From NCBI GenBank assembly GCA_965153285.1, contig OZ229111.1: a stretch of DNA of 64,000 bases. One strand, written 5' to 3'. Shown in pieces: positions 1 through 13,327 of the stretch. How positions within the stretch are numbered: the first letter of the stretch is position 1; each line of letters begins with the position of its first letter. A model generated the notes under the pieces. The model searched no databases, had not been told where the DNA came from, and saw nothing but the letters and a program-made list of their open reading frames with translations. The DNA comes from Podarcis tiliguerta. Its lineage: Eukaryota. Both the position numbers and the translations under genes were made by a program.

Positions 1-1992
1 GACTGTCAAGAGAGACATTTAGGCAGCTTTTTTCATCTGTCTCTCCACAATGACAATACACTAATTCATATTATGCATGTTTAAACTAAATTGCTTTTGC
101 ACTATCTCCACTGTTTATTAGTGCAAGAGGCTGCATTTCTCTAAAACAAAGAAGTGGCCAGCAATGGTGATAATGGGCATCTTTAAGACTCTTTTCACAG
201 GAACAAAAAAGCATGTGCCCATCATATCACATGAATTAAGCAACTACATTTCCAAGGGCTATTGTACTAGTTAAAAATATATTTCCCCATCACATTACAT
301 ATCCTGCCAAAAATATTTCTGTAAGTTCAAATCCCTCCCCCACCCCAATATTAGGGATGAAAGTTATGTTCTTAATATCACTTAAGCAACAGCAAATGGG
401 GCCGTTTCTCAATATTCAAGGGAGAAGCCACAAATTCAATGGGGTAAATTACAACCTTCATTTTTAATACACCTGTAAAAAACTATACTCTTCAGTAAAA
501 AGATGTCTGAGAAGATCAGATCATTAAATTTCAACACCATAATTATTTCTGCTAGATCTACAGGAAAGAGAATGGGGGAAATCACCTCCCAATTTGAACA
601 ACAGAGGAGCTCAGAGGAATCCAACTCAGTAGCATGGGATTTGCTAATGTTGTCAGAATAATAGGAATCTCAGGTTTCATTCTTTGAAAACTCAAGTTTT
701 TACCCCTCATGTTTATAAAGCTTGAAAATGCACAGCAGCACCTGTTCAGAAATTAGATTCAGAAATTAGCGTGCTTCTAGGATGGCCAGGGGAGGGACTC
801 TTACATTCCATAGAACTCTCCATCCTCCTTCTAACCTAGACAGAGTTACAATAGACGTAACCAAGGTGTTATTCTAAGTCGACTCAGGAGGACTGTGATA
901 CAAGTTGCTGCCCACAAAACTAGAGTCCTCAATCAGTTTACTGATAATCTGAGGAGCGCAGTCTTTGCAACCATCATTAAAAGGGCAGTTATCTTCACGG
1001 GAACCAACACTGTGTCTATGTTGCATGAAAAGCATTATTTGGACCCTATTTGGACTCCTATCTTGAATTGTGATGTCTGCACCGTAAACACTTCCAAATT
1101 GTTTTAGCCAGAATAAGCATAGGCACAATACCAGTGCAGAATTGTCTCATGCTGAATTCTACCTCTTTGGTTTTTGTGAAAGCAGACTTGATCACTTGGG
1201 TATGTGGAAAATCATTCTGATTTGTGCTACTGCTCAAATCTGAACCAATATTGAGGGCAGGATGTGGTGAAATAGAATTGTGTATTGATGGAAGGCCATT
1301 GCAGAGCATTCTGCAATGGTCTGCAACATACAACATCTGGCACCATGGAGGATCAGGTTTAAGCTGATGGCTATGCCATTCAGAGGCAGAGTTCAGACAG
1401 CATGAGCGGAAATAGCGAGTCACGCACCGACCAATTTGCATGTGGCTTAGTTCACAAAAAAACAACAACCTGTGTAAATGCATTATGGGATTCTTACAAT
1501 AGGGGACCAAGGTTGTAAGGACTATTTTCACCTGAACAACCAGACACACACACAAAATGGACGCTGGTTTGAAATGACCACATACAAATGATGAGATACA
1601 TATGCGGTAGTTTGTCAATGTGTGGCGATAATGTCTTGCCATGGTCCTGTGACAGCAGAACAGTGAAAACAATCCAATTTGTTTCTCATTATTTTAAAAT
1701 GACTTCCCGCCCCCCTCCGTGAAATGTTCATGTCATAATTTCATAAACATGTTTAGTGTGTCAAATAAGCCATGTCAATTTCATAAACATAACTGGGACA
1801 TCTGAAACCAGTGGAATAAATTTCCAATCTGCTAGTCAATGAGAGCCCTTTTGCTCCAAGGTCTCCCATTGGCTGCAAACCAACATATAATGTTAGGACT
1901 GGTTTTGAGAGCTTGTTAGGCTGCTTCAGCCAGCTGATGGGGCGAACCCTGCTTGGCAGAAGATCAAAGAAAGCTCTGTTGCTTTCATGTAC

Positions 1993-2094
1993 CTATCATG
2001 ATGCCACTCGTGTGGGGCACCGAGCTGCTGTCAAATGTCTTCTCCAGGGCAGCCACTCCGAATTCGTTCAGGTCCAGGTCATCCAAGGCAGACT
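1993..2094 (-). CDS. UNK: UNK exon 12 (ESALDDLDLNEFGVAALEKTFDSSSVPHTSGIMI)
   Basis: cag| acceptor, G|GTACAT donor, 102 nt. Confidence 0.96.
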
Positions 2095-5000
2095 CTGCCA
2101 GACAGAGGCACCAATTATATAATACAAAAAGGACCAACAACTTCAAGGGATAGGGAAGCCCAAAGAGCCTACATGCAGAGATGACACTGCTCTGGACAGG
2201 AGGATCTATAGGGCCCTGCTCCCCACTGTACAATACTGCCATTAGTCAACAGTTGTCTAAACAAGGCAGCTTTTCATATCACTTTCTATTGTTTTTGAGC
2301 CCTAAAAGCTTTCAGCATCAGGTTCTTTCCCACAGATTGACACCAGAAATAAACAGCAATGCAAAACAGATCATCCAGTGACACCTGCTGTACAGCTTGA
2401 CTTTGGGAAGAAATACATCCAAGGACAGCTTGAATGAAGGGTGCCCATCCCAGTCACCTAGTAACCTGGGTATCCATGATGCATGGTGATTGGAATTTCC
2501 CTCTTTTAGGAATTCCACAATGGAGCAGTGACTTGGGTTGCAATTCAGTGGAGGAGGAGATGGGCAGTAGGAATGAGGTGCAGGTATGGCAGTGGAAAGA
2601 AGGGGGTCGAGTGCAGCAGTCAGGTGAGGGGCATCGGGGAAAGGGGATGGATTAGAATACCCTAGGAAGCAGGCTATAGCCAGCAGTGTCCCAACAATGG
2701 ATCAGTGATACATAGCATGGGCATTGCCAGTTGGGATGAGATGAAGCAAGCCTCCACAGGTTCTTCCCAAGTGTCATTTCTAGCCAATTTAATATGTCCA
2801 GCAAATATGCCCCATTAATGTTGTCTCTCAAAGTAAAGTATGGCATGTGTTATATTCATGTTACTTCAGAAATGTGGACCATAAAACAGTTTTCTGTATT
2901 GAAATGGTTGCTCCCCAGCCCCTTTTTCCTCCAAAGCCTGTATTGTGGTTTGGCGTTTTTCCAAAAGGTTGCTTTTCGAGCCTTTCACAAAAAAGACTGC
3001 AATTCCCCACAGGATGCCTATTAAAATGTATAACAAGAGCCTGTTTGGGGCTAAAGAAGTTGCCCTTCCTGTCCTCCACCACACTACTGCAAACTTTTCA
3101 TTTCAAAGCCAGGAATTCTCTCTTGGTTTTTTATCATTCCAGGCAGAAGTGGCTGGGGCGGGGTCACTCTGCTGCCCTTCTGGGAGCAACGTCAGTGTTG
3201 CCTTCTGGGATGGGCAGGGTAGCAGTGAGGTTGGGGTTGGAAGGGTGAACTGGCAGAGCCAATCCGAGCCCTGATCCTGCCTCCACGCTGCCCCTGCACC
3301 ATCCCAGTAAGCAGCAATGGTGCTCCTTCTGGGAGGGTAGTGGCACAGAACTGTTATAGAACATAAACCATTAGCAATCATAATAAGATATCTGGACAAT
3401 GAGAGGCCAACATGAAGCAACACGATATATCCCCTGTTTAGAAATAATAAAAAATAGTAAATAAAGTTGTGCCTGAGGAGAAAATAAAAAGGGAAATGCC
3501 TGCTCTGCACAATATGTGCTATTAATCTCCTTGGGAAATCAGGAGATTAAAATACGGTGACATACCACACCCTGGAAGGGAAGTATAAACAAGGTCCTTT
3601 TAAATCTTCACCTAAGGCACAGACTGGCTATGGACTTCTGCTTGATGTGTACAGATCCGAGTTTCATCCTTGTAAAATTTATGAAAATAGTTGCTCAACC
3701 ATAAATTACACCTGTCACATGAATTAAATAGAGTCCTGGACTGGCCCAATACAGTAGCACTTTGGGCCAAATTTGTGATCTGTAAATTTAGCAAGCATAA
3801 AGTAAGATGAAGGATAGCAAACAAGACATCAATTTCACTACACAAAAAATTCAAAGCAATCATAATATCCAATTCACCATATTGACACATTTTTATATAA
3901 TTCAGAGCTGAAATTATGATGCATGGAAGACTGTGTATGTCATATTAGCCGCCTCTAAAAGAAAGATGGGATTCTGCAAAAACTCCCCAGGTATCTAGAT
4001 CTACAACATGCTCCTATTTCCCAGGCTGATTATATTCCCTTTCAGAGCTGGTCCCCATGAGTATAGGCAGTATTACCTATCACAGACTCCACTGTGTCAC
4101 TGGTTGGGTAGAATGGAAGGGCATTTGCATTCATGCCAGGGACACTGCTTGTGCCTGCTGGACTTGGCGGTGTTGCTGCCAAACTAGAAGTGATACTAGA
4201 AGAGATGCTAGATGTCAGTGGGCTGCCAACAGGAAGAATCCCCAATATATCCTGAAAGAGGAAGACATATATTTAAACACTGGATAATTCATTCTCAGCA
4301 TGCAATTTAAAAAGTGTATGTGCAAGTCCCTAGCTCTAGGGATGCCAACATGGTGCTCATGTGCACAACAGAACTCTTGAGGACTTTCCCTGGTGCCTAT
4401 AAAGCTTCCTGTCCTACTTACCCTTCCATCATGAGATGGAGAGGGTGGTAACTTTTGCTGCCCCCCTCCCCAAAAAGTAAATAGTTCTCAAGGAGGAAGT
4501 TGAAAGAATGGCACCCTTTCCTGCTTTCTCTTCCAGCTCTATCTACTTTTCAAGACTCACGAGTAGAATCTGAGCCTTGAAAAGCACATAACAGGCTCTC
4601 TTCCTCATTTCCCTTGGGAAAGAGAACTCTCTCTCTATATATATATATAATTTATACCACATACTTCTATACCAACATACATTCAGGGCAGTTCACTGTA
4701 GTTTTCATATACAACGCAATGCCAAAACAAATGTATGGTACAGTTATGAAGGACAACTTTGAGTCTTTTAGAACACATCTCATACATTATCAGCGGCATC
4801 ATATAATCATAATTGTGTGCAATTTTATCAGAATAAGGTTCAATGAGCTGTACTAAACCCTTTCTTTAATTATCTCTGCAGCTGAATTCATATTTAGATT
4901 TCTAATTTGGATGCTCCTCTACATGCACAGCCTCAGCATTTGCACATACCTGAATATACATTTGTTAGAGACTATTTAAAAAAAACAAAACTCTTAGGAA

Positions 5001-8000
5001 AATACCACTACCCACCCATACATCATCCAGCATCCACAAGTAGGCTTGGAAGCTATGGATGAGATGGCATAAACACACAGGAATAGTCTAGGGCCAATTT
5101 GGGGTAACATACCTGTTTTGGTTGTAACAGAGGCTGTTCTTGGGTTCTATGTTCCAAGGAATGGGATTTTATCTTTGCCTGCTGCAGTAAACAGAACAAA
5201 AAGAAAGACGAGTGGAGGGGGAGTATACAAATGTGAAATTGCTGACTTCAAGCATTTGAGAAGGCTATGGGATTCTAACAAAACTTTCTCTATTTGGTTG
5301 CTCCCAGAATGTTCAGAGCCCATTAAACAAGGAAAAAAGTATTAGACAATAAATGGTGGTGGTAGTGGGGTTTCCCAGCACATATGGTACTGATAACTTG
5401 GATGTAAATCCAATTGAAATAAATGAAATAAACTTTCCAATTTTTAAACATGCATATGATTGCCCTGTAATCTTTGTACTCCACTGTGACTCATGTGGTG
5501 AGATTAACAATGAAAATAAAGTGTGGAATGTTTTCTTAGTCTATGCCTGGTAAGGAAAAAAATGGGCATTTAAGGAAAAGTTGGTAAGAAAAATCCTACT
5601 CCATAAATACTCCAGAATAAATGTTAAAGTCCCAGTTATGCTGGTCTGCGACTGTAATAAAATTTGTTGTTGCTGTTAAATTCCCAGTGGCTTCTCTGCA
5701 AGCATGAGTTTATTTTATATCTTCATGAAAATATTCAGATATGTCCATTTTAAGTATCATTGCAGTTATATTCTAAATGCCTTTTTTCAGGGATTCAGGT
5801 AGATAGCCATGTTGGTCTGACGCAGTTGAAATAAATAAAAAAATAGTCCAGTAGCACCTTAGAGACCAACTAAGTTTGTTCTGGGTATAAGCTTTCGTGT
5901 GCATGTACACTTCTTCAGATATTTTTTCAGGAAGAAAAATAATCCCTTTAGGCTAAAAATATACCGTGATAAGTGCAATAACACAGATAGCAAGGATGTT
6001 AATTTTCTTTATGCCAAGGAACTCTGACTCGGGTCCTTGCCTGGAAAAAAATGTTTCAAGAAATGTGTCTCTAGACTAGCCCAATAGAAAGTTCCAGGTG
6101 GCTGATTTTGTGGTATGTAAAAAATATGTAAAGTTTGCTTCAGATTCTTTCTTCGGATTACTTGATTATGTATCACAATACCAGGAGCCCTTGTGCCTTG
6201 CTTGTCTAGTGCCACTTTCGTAGCTTAGGGAAGTACCAAGATATTTCACCAACATATTGCAGTGGTTTTGGCAGTTGGTTCCAAAGCCAATATGAAACCC
6301 TTAGGTCCCCTTTCCCTGTACTCCCCACCTACCTGGCATTTGAAATTCTTTAGGTACTCTGCTCCAACCAAGTCTTCCCGCTCAAATCCTGGTGCCTTCT
6401 TGTAGCTGCTGGCTGCAGTTACTGAATCTGTGGGGAAGCCAATGCTTTCCAAACTATGGGGTTTTCCAATGGCACCAGGAGGAGACCCACATATATTAGA
6501 TGGGCTTCCAAGACTGCTATTCCTACAGAGAATCTAATGGAAGAAGGAAGAAAAAACAGCACAGGTCACAACATGAGAGGAACTCATATAGTGTGCAGTT
6601 ACAGATTCCTCCTAGGATTGTAACATTCTGTCTTGCACTACTGCAGATGGCTTTCGAGGGAAAAACCTCCAGATAACTAAGTTGTTAGCTTCAGCTAGGT
6701 CAACTGGGAACATAAATCACAAGTTTTCGTTCTTTAGCGTCTCAGAAATGCACAACCATATCTTGATCCCAGAGACAATCTCATATTCTTCTCACTCAGC
6801 TCACAAGTTCTTCATGCTCTCTCAAGTGAGATTTAGAAACCAGCACAGCCAACATAATCCCATAGCAGAATACATATTTCTAGTGCAAAACCTTGTTGCT
6901 TCTTCAGAATCCTAAAATTCTATGCTTCGAGTTTAAAAGAAAAAAAGTATTAAAAATGTGAAGTCAGTCCATGCTTCAGAAAACAGAGGTGGTTGGGAAG
7001 TGGTTCATAGTGATCATAGTGCTGAATATTTTCACTCAGTGCAGCTTCTTACTCTTATTCCCATAACCCAAATTCTTTGTTTCAGTTTTCCTACATATTT
7101 ACAGCCCCATATGAACCATGTGTTCCATTCTTCCTTGACCTAAACTGATAAATATTTTTTAATGTTTTCATTTATTAAAATATTTACACCCTACCTTTCT
7201 GTAGAAAAATGCTTAAGGCAGCTTACAAGTACAGAATTGAAAGCATCTAAAAACTTTTTTTGAAATGTTTGATTGCATCACTCTTATTGGGGGCTTCCCA
7301 TCCTTCCCTGTCATAAACAACTATGGTTAATGGACCCATCACAACAATGAGAAAAATGAGAGTTCTTTAGTATTTATGCACAACTGGGACAGAGAACTTC
7401 CAAATTATCAGAAGCCACTCAGCTTTGTTTTTTACATATGCAGCCATTCAAGATTGCTTTGCTAAAGAACCATGGACAAAAGAAAAGGAGAGTATCTTCA
7501 GGATAAAATGTTTAATAGCCGAGTGCTTTGTCAGGAATTATGTACTTGAGTTGCTAGGACATGTTTACGTGCATATTCATAATCATAAGGACTAGAAACT
7601 TTTAGGGTATCTAAATTATGTGCCCAACGCCATACTCTGACCGTAAGGACATTGGAAGAGCCTGCTGGATCAGGTCAATGGTCCATTTGGCACAACATCC
7701 TGCTCTCACAGTGGACAACCAGATGCCTGGGGGAAGCCTGCAAGCCGGATATGAGCACAACAGTACTCTGCCTATCTGCAATTCCCAGCAACTGGTATTC
7801 GGAAGCATACTGTCTCCCAACAGTGGAGGTATAACAAGCCATGTTGGCTGGGAGCTACTGATCTGCAAACATACAGGACTGTGGCATACATAACAACTGT
7901 TTCAAAATGTAAAACAGATGAGGCTTGAATTAAGGAAGAGGGGACTCTTGGGAGCCTCTTACAATGACAATTTTCATTCAACCAGCACAGGTTGTGTAAT

Positions 8001-11000
8001 GCTCTCTCTCCCCAGTTAGAGTAGATACTTACTGTAGTAGAAGTGGGGCTAGTTGGCAGAGTTCCTGGTTTATTCCATACCTACAGTCAAAGACAAAGAC
8101 ATAACACAGAATATGTGGGATGAGCAATTTATTTAGCTTTAATCAGTCATACGTAATAGGCATAATTAAAACATCATTCACTCGGCTTGCAGCCTACATA
8201 CACAGCTGAGCAGGCTGAAGTAACAACAGACAAAGGGTGCTTCAGTATGACAAAAGCAGGTGGACTTGGAAGGAGACATTACAATTTGCTCGCCAAAAGG
8301 TGAGAGTGTGAGCTTGCCACTAGACAGCAGGATGTCTACTTCTAAACAGTGACTTGATATGATTCACTAGAAATATGCAAGACTCTCCCAAGGGATAACT
8401 ACAGCTTAATTTTAGCTTAACATGAAAACAGAGGGCAACTACCCCAGGTTAAATTCTTCAAACATATCATAGTACACAAGCTCCAAGGCTGTATTCCCAA
8501 ACATTTAGTTAGGAGCAGCTGCCACTATTCACAAGGTAAGCAATTCAGATGAGACCTATACAAGAGAGCTCAGCACCCACAACAAGAGATTGAACTTTCC
8601 CTTTTATGCTTGGAGCACTTTATTCAAGAGGAGAAAAGCAAAACCATGCAAACATTTTAATGATTTGAATAGGTGTTCTAGAAGCAGTCATTTTCAGATG
8701 AAGAAAGAGTACTTTCCAAATGGGACAAATTCTAAGCAGGGAGCATTACAACAGTATTAAATTTCACAGAAAAGCCTTGGGCTGCTCCATATGGCAGCTT
8801 GAAAATGACTTCCAAGTAAATTTAAAGCAGCTCAGCTTGTCTAATCCAGTTTGAAAGTGGCAGTTGTGATTTAAACCCATGCCACTATGTTCCTTCAAAA
8901 TCTCAGCTCACAGATGGAAACCTGTTTTGCATCCCAGGGCTCTGCCAACCCCCACAAATTCAAAGTAAATTTTATGGGGGAAATATAGGCACCATTTCCT
9001 TAACGCAATGTAATTGAGACCGAGGGGGCAGCTTCTTCTTCTAGAAGGCATTCATATTTAGAGAAGTCTGCAGTAAAAACCTACAAAGTGAAGAACTTTC
9101 AAAATTTCTACGTACATTGCTAAGGTCTGGGGCTTGTGGACTAGAAGGGCTAACGGGAACAGAATCGCCTGCTGCCGAGGGCATATACATTACAGGGCCT
9201 GTTTGTGTAGGACTGGAAACAGAGGATGTTGATTGTAACTCTTCATTAAGTGGAGGTTCTGTAAGAAATGCAAAACAAAAACATGACACAATGTATGCAG
9301 AAAAATGAAAATGGATCTTATGGCTCTCCTAAGTTCCATAGATCCGTATCTATTTGCAGCAATCCTCATACCAACACAGAAATAACAGAAAGTTTTCATA
9401 AGGCAAAGTTGATAAATGTTTGGTTTGTTGCCTTGAGTGTCTTAGCTTTTCCTAAAATTATAAATGACAGATGTAACTATTCATTCAAAAGACCTACTGA
9501 ATCAGGGTTTCCATCTCTAACGTTCAATGATGGCTAAGAATACCTTGACGGTGATGACTGACACTCCAATTCTAAGCATATTTACTAGGTAAGCAAGCTT
9601 ACAATTTCAATGATGTTTTCTTTCATATGCTTGCTTAGAATCATAGCCTGAAGAACGTAAGACTATAACAACCCTCTTGGATCAGACCAACTGTCTACAC
9701 AGTCCAGCATTCTATTTCCAACTATGTCCAACCATATACTTCTGGAAAGCCCAGGTGTGAGGCATGGCTGTAGCCAGGGAGCTGGGGGGGGGGGGGCAGC
9801 TGTCGCACCCAAAGTAAGTAAATAAATAAATAAATAAAAACAATTGTGTTGCAGATAACTTGGTTCCCCCCCCCCCCCGCAACATAAAGTCTGCCTCCCT
9901 GAAATAAATCCTGGCTACGCCCATGATGTGATGCCTAAAGGCAATAGCCCTTTCCCAGTTGTTATCCCTCTGTTTTGGAATGGAGACAGAAAGACCTTAG
10001 TATACTGATTTGATTTCAGATTTTTTTTACGTACGGAAAGATCCCATGTTCCCAATAGAGCAAACTAGACAATTCATATGGCAGAATATGTTATGTATGG
10101 AGAAACAAGAGCTGTTAACAGTTGTTCTGAATCTGCGTGGCAAGCCCACCCTGAAATGTCTGGGGCACCTGGAAGGGAAAGAATATGAAGTAGATCCAGT
10201 CTTCAGCTCAGCAGACAAGATCTGGGTGGGGTTAGGGTTAGGGTTGAATGGAGAGGACCGTCACCGATTCAGACTGGATTTGTGGAGGTGGCTTCACCTT
10301 CATTCCTCCAAAGTGATTTGCAGAGGGTGGGTAGTTCAAAAACCATTTCAGCTTTCTTCTTACATATTTCAGGTTAGGGCAAGACACTGCTTATTTCACT
10401 TTCAATGCCAGTGTTGAGCTACAGCAGGGGTGGTGAATCTGTGCCCCACTAGACGTGGTTGAATAACAACTCCCATCATTCACAACCACTGACCAGGCTG
10501 GGAGTTGAAGTCCAACAGCACCTGGGGAGTCACAGATCCCCCCATCCATACTCACCAGTGCCTTGCTGAAGAGGAAAATCCTATCACTGCTCCTCCCTCT
10601 ATGAAATATGTCTTGATCAAGTGTCCAAAAATTCTTGCCCATCATTTCTAAGACTCCAACCAAGTGATCTGTGCCACATTGATCTGGCTTCTTAAAAAGA
10701 AATCTCAACAGCAGAAAACTCCTTCATGAAAGGATCAGGTCAAATACTACAACAGATGAGTTCTTTCCTTTGCTCCGCAGAAAGAAATTGTGTGTTCACA
10801 GCCTCAGGCAGGCAAATTACAAACCAGCAGCCCAAAATGCCCACAGCAAAACTTAAAACTGTACAATACCTTGAGTGGCCACTGGGTGTCACTTAATTTT
10901 GAGGAAATGCAATTAGAGCGCACACCATCTGGTGGCTAAAGCGTCTTTTCCAAAGTATAAAAGATACAATACACAAAATAAAATCCACTGGAATATTTAT

Positions 11001-13295
11001 TTTTGAATTCTTTCCCATGACTTGCTGAGGGGAGGGGGGTAATTTGTTTTGAATTTTGCTTGATCCAGCAAATGAAGTCCCACTTTGAACCCAGGATGAC
11101 ACTTCTCTCACAGCTTACACTTTATTGCTAGATAAAGATAAGACCACCTACGTTCTACATGTGCAAAGGCACAGAAGGGTCCTCGGGGGCAGCTGCCAGA
11201 CTGTTGCATGTCATTACATTTTGTTGATTTGTAGATCTGGGGGGAGGAAGCACAAAATGTGATGCAAGTGAGCACACATAGTTATCTACAATGATTTTTT
11301 TTTTAAAAAATAGAACTATACCAAGAAATGCAACTGAGTTTGATGTGTCTCAGTTATGCTTTACATATAACTCTGATCCCAAATTATATTTGACATTCAC
11401 AGAATTACTTTTAGCATTATTACTATTGATAATTAATACAGTTGATTAGAACTTCATCACAATATTTGGCACGTCTACTCAAAAGTTTGGGTGGATTTAC
11501 TCCCATATAAGTGTCTATAGGGCTGCAGCTTTAATGACTCTTGGAACTTACTGAATGATGGTCCTGTGCATACACTGGCTCTATCTAAGGATCCAGAATC
11601 AGATCACATGGAAACATTTGAGCAAAAGAAGTGCATGGTATCCATTCAGGAGAAGTGTTTCCATGTGTATATGGATCCATGGGAATCACTCCCAAATCCC
11701 CTACCACCCAATGCTGCCAGAACAGCAGTCTTTGGGGAAAGAGGAAAGGAACCATAGTTGAACTGCTTCAACTATGTTTAACTAGAGTTTGAAAGGATTC
11801 TGCTGATAGACAGGGCAGCCATGTCCCAACAGTAACATCAAATGTTGCTAGAAAACACATGGTCTTCTTATGATAAGGGTTGTGTACACTAAGACTAACT
11901 CTGCTGTCCTTGTATGCACAGGAGGAAGGTGTCGGTTCCCAAATTCATCACACCTTCTGTTCCAACTTTGAAAGCCTTCATGACATTTAGTTCCCCATCA
12001 CTGTTCTGACTTTGCTCTGAATACCTTATAAGACAGAAAAAAATCTTTTTTCGCATTTTGGACGAATTATGTCTCAAATTCAGAAAAACAAAACAAGGAG
12101 CCAGCCTAACCCCTCAGGGTACTACCTAGATCTCATGCACCTCCCTCAGCCTCTTGTCTGTGTCTTCTAGGCTTCCACTCCAAATTTTCTCACTCTCCTA
12201 CATCCAACCATCAAGCCCCATTTGGCCCCTCACCTTGGTTCCTGCAGCCCCTGTCAGCTGTACTCTCAATGTCCAAGGAAACATCCTTCCCAGCATGTCT
12301 AGATGGCAATAGGAGCACTTATGGGTGAAGAATCCAAGATCTCAAGCAATTTCAGCTCCTCAGGACCCCTTGGATTCTTTCTCTTCCAGTGTTCTTATTG
12401 TACTTTTTATTAGAAGTGTTACTGTTTATCAGCACATATAAACCCTGGAGCCCCTCCATTTATCTAGCCAGGCAGCCAACAGGAAGGGTTGCTCACTGTA
12501 CCTCTGGATGAAATTGCTGTTCTGTGCGGGTGTGACAGTACTGGCATGCATCTCCATTGTCACACTTACTGGGATCTCCCCACTCATCTCCATGTTTCAC
12601 ACTGGGGCATGGGGATGACCTGCATAGAGAAGGCAGCAATGGTATAGAATAAGTAACCCGATTCCAACTCGGTACCATCAAATAAACTTATCTCACTGTC
12701 CCAAACAGGGATGCCCAGTCTACTGCTTCCATATATCCCTGCCACTTACTTCTGCATATTGAATACCTTAGCTACCTGCAATATAGCTTTTCCCAAGGCA
12801 GTGAAAGGTTTTACTTCATTATGCAGAACTAAATACATATGATTTCAGGTCACATTGAATTAGGACAGAAGCTGGTGGGTTTCAAGAGGACAGTCTTCTT
12901 TGCCCCCACAGAAGAGGAAAGCACACAACAGCAGGAGACAAGGTAACAAACTGACCAATGCTTGAAATATAGTTTGAACATGAACTGTAGGAGTTTAATG
13001 GAAACCTGTGATCTCAGAGAGATACCTTTTCATGTGGCCTTTCTATTTGAAGTATTAAGTCTCAACGTGTAACACAATTTTCACAAGGACTAGAGATTCC
13101 CACTCTGAAAACTGTGCTAGCACTATGTTGCTATAAAGCAAATTCTAGGGGTTGCACAGAGATTAAAAGATACAGAGTCTAATAGACATGATACATAAGG
13201 AAAAAGGAAGGAGGAAGGAAGAGAACAGCAGTAGAATTCCAGCACCAATTCTTGAAGTTATATCATCTCAACAATTATTAAGTACTACCTTTAAG

Positions 13296-13327
<32 letters not shown>

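Noticed and set aside
874-1128. ORF with Cys cluster CPFNDGCKDC, candidate alternative UNK terminal exon
   Set aside because: No convincing acceptor in the phase needed after exon 12 and no known motif
1058-1672. 204-aa minus-strand ORF
   Set aside because: No recognisable homology, non-ATG start, and not the expected UNK exon 13 (GSLLQSSAPVNIP...); intronic chance ORF
10229-10246. gggttagggttagggttg telomere-like run
   Set aside because: Only 2-3 units; too short to call an interstitial telomere
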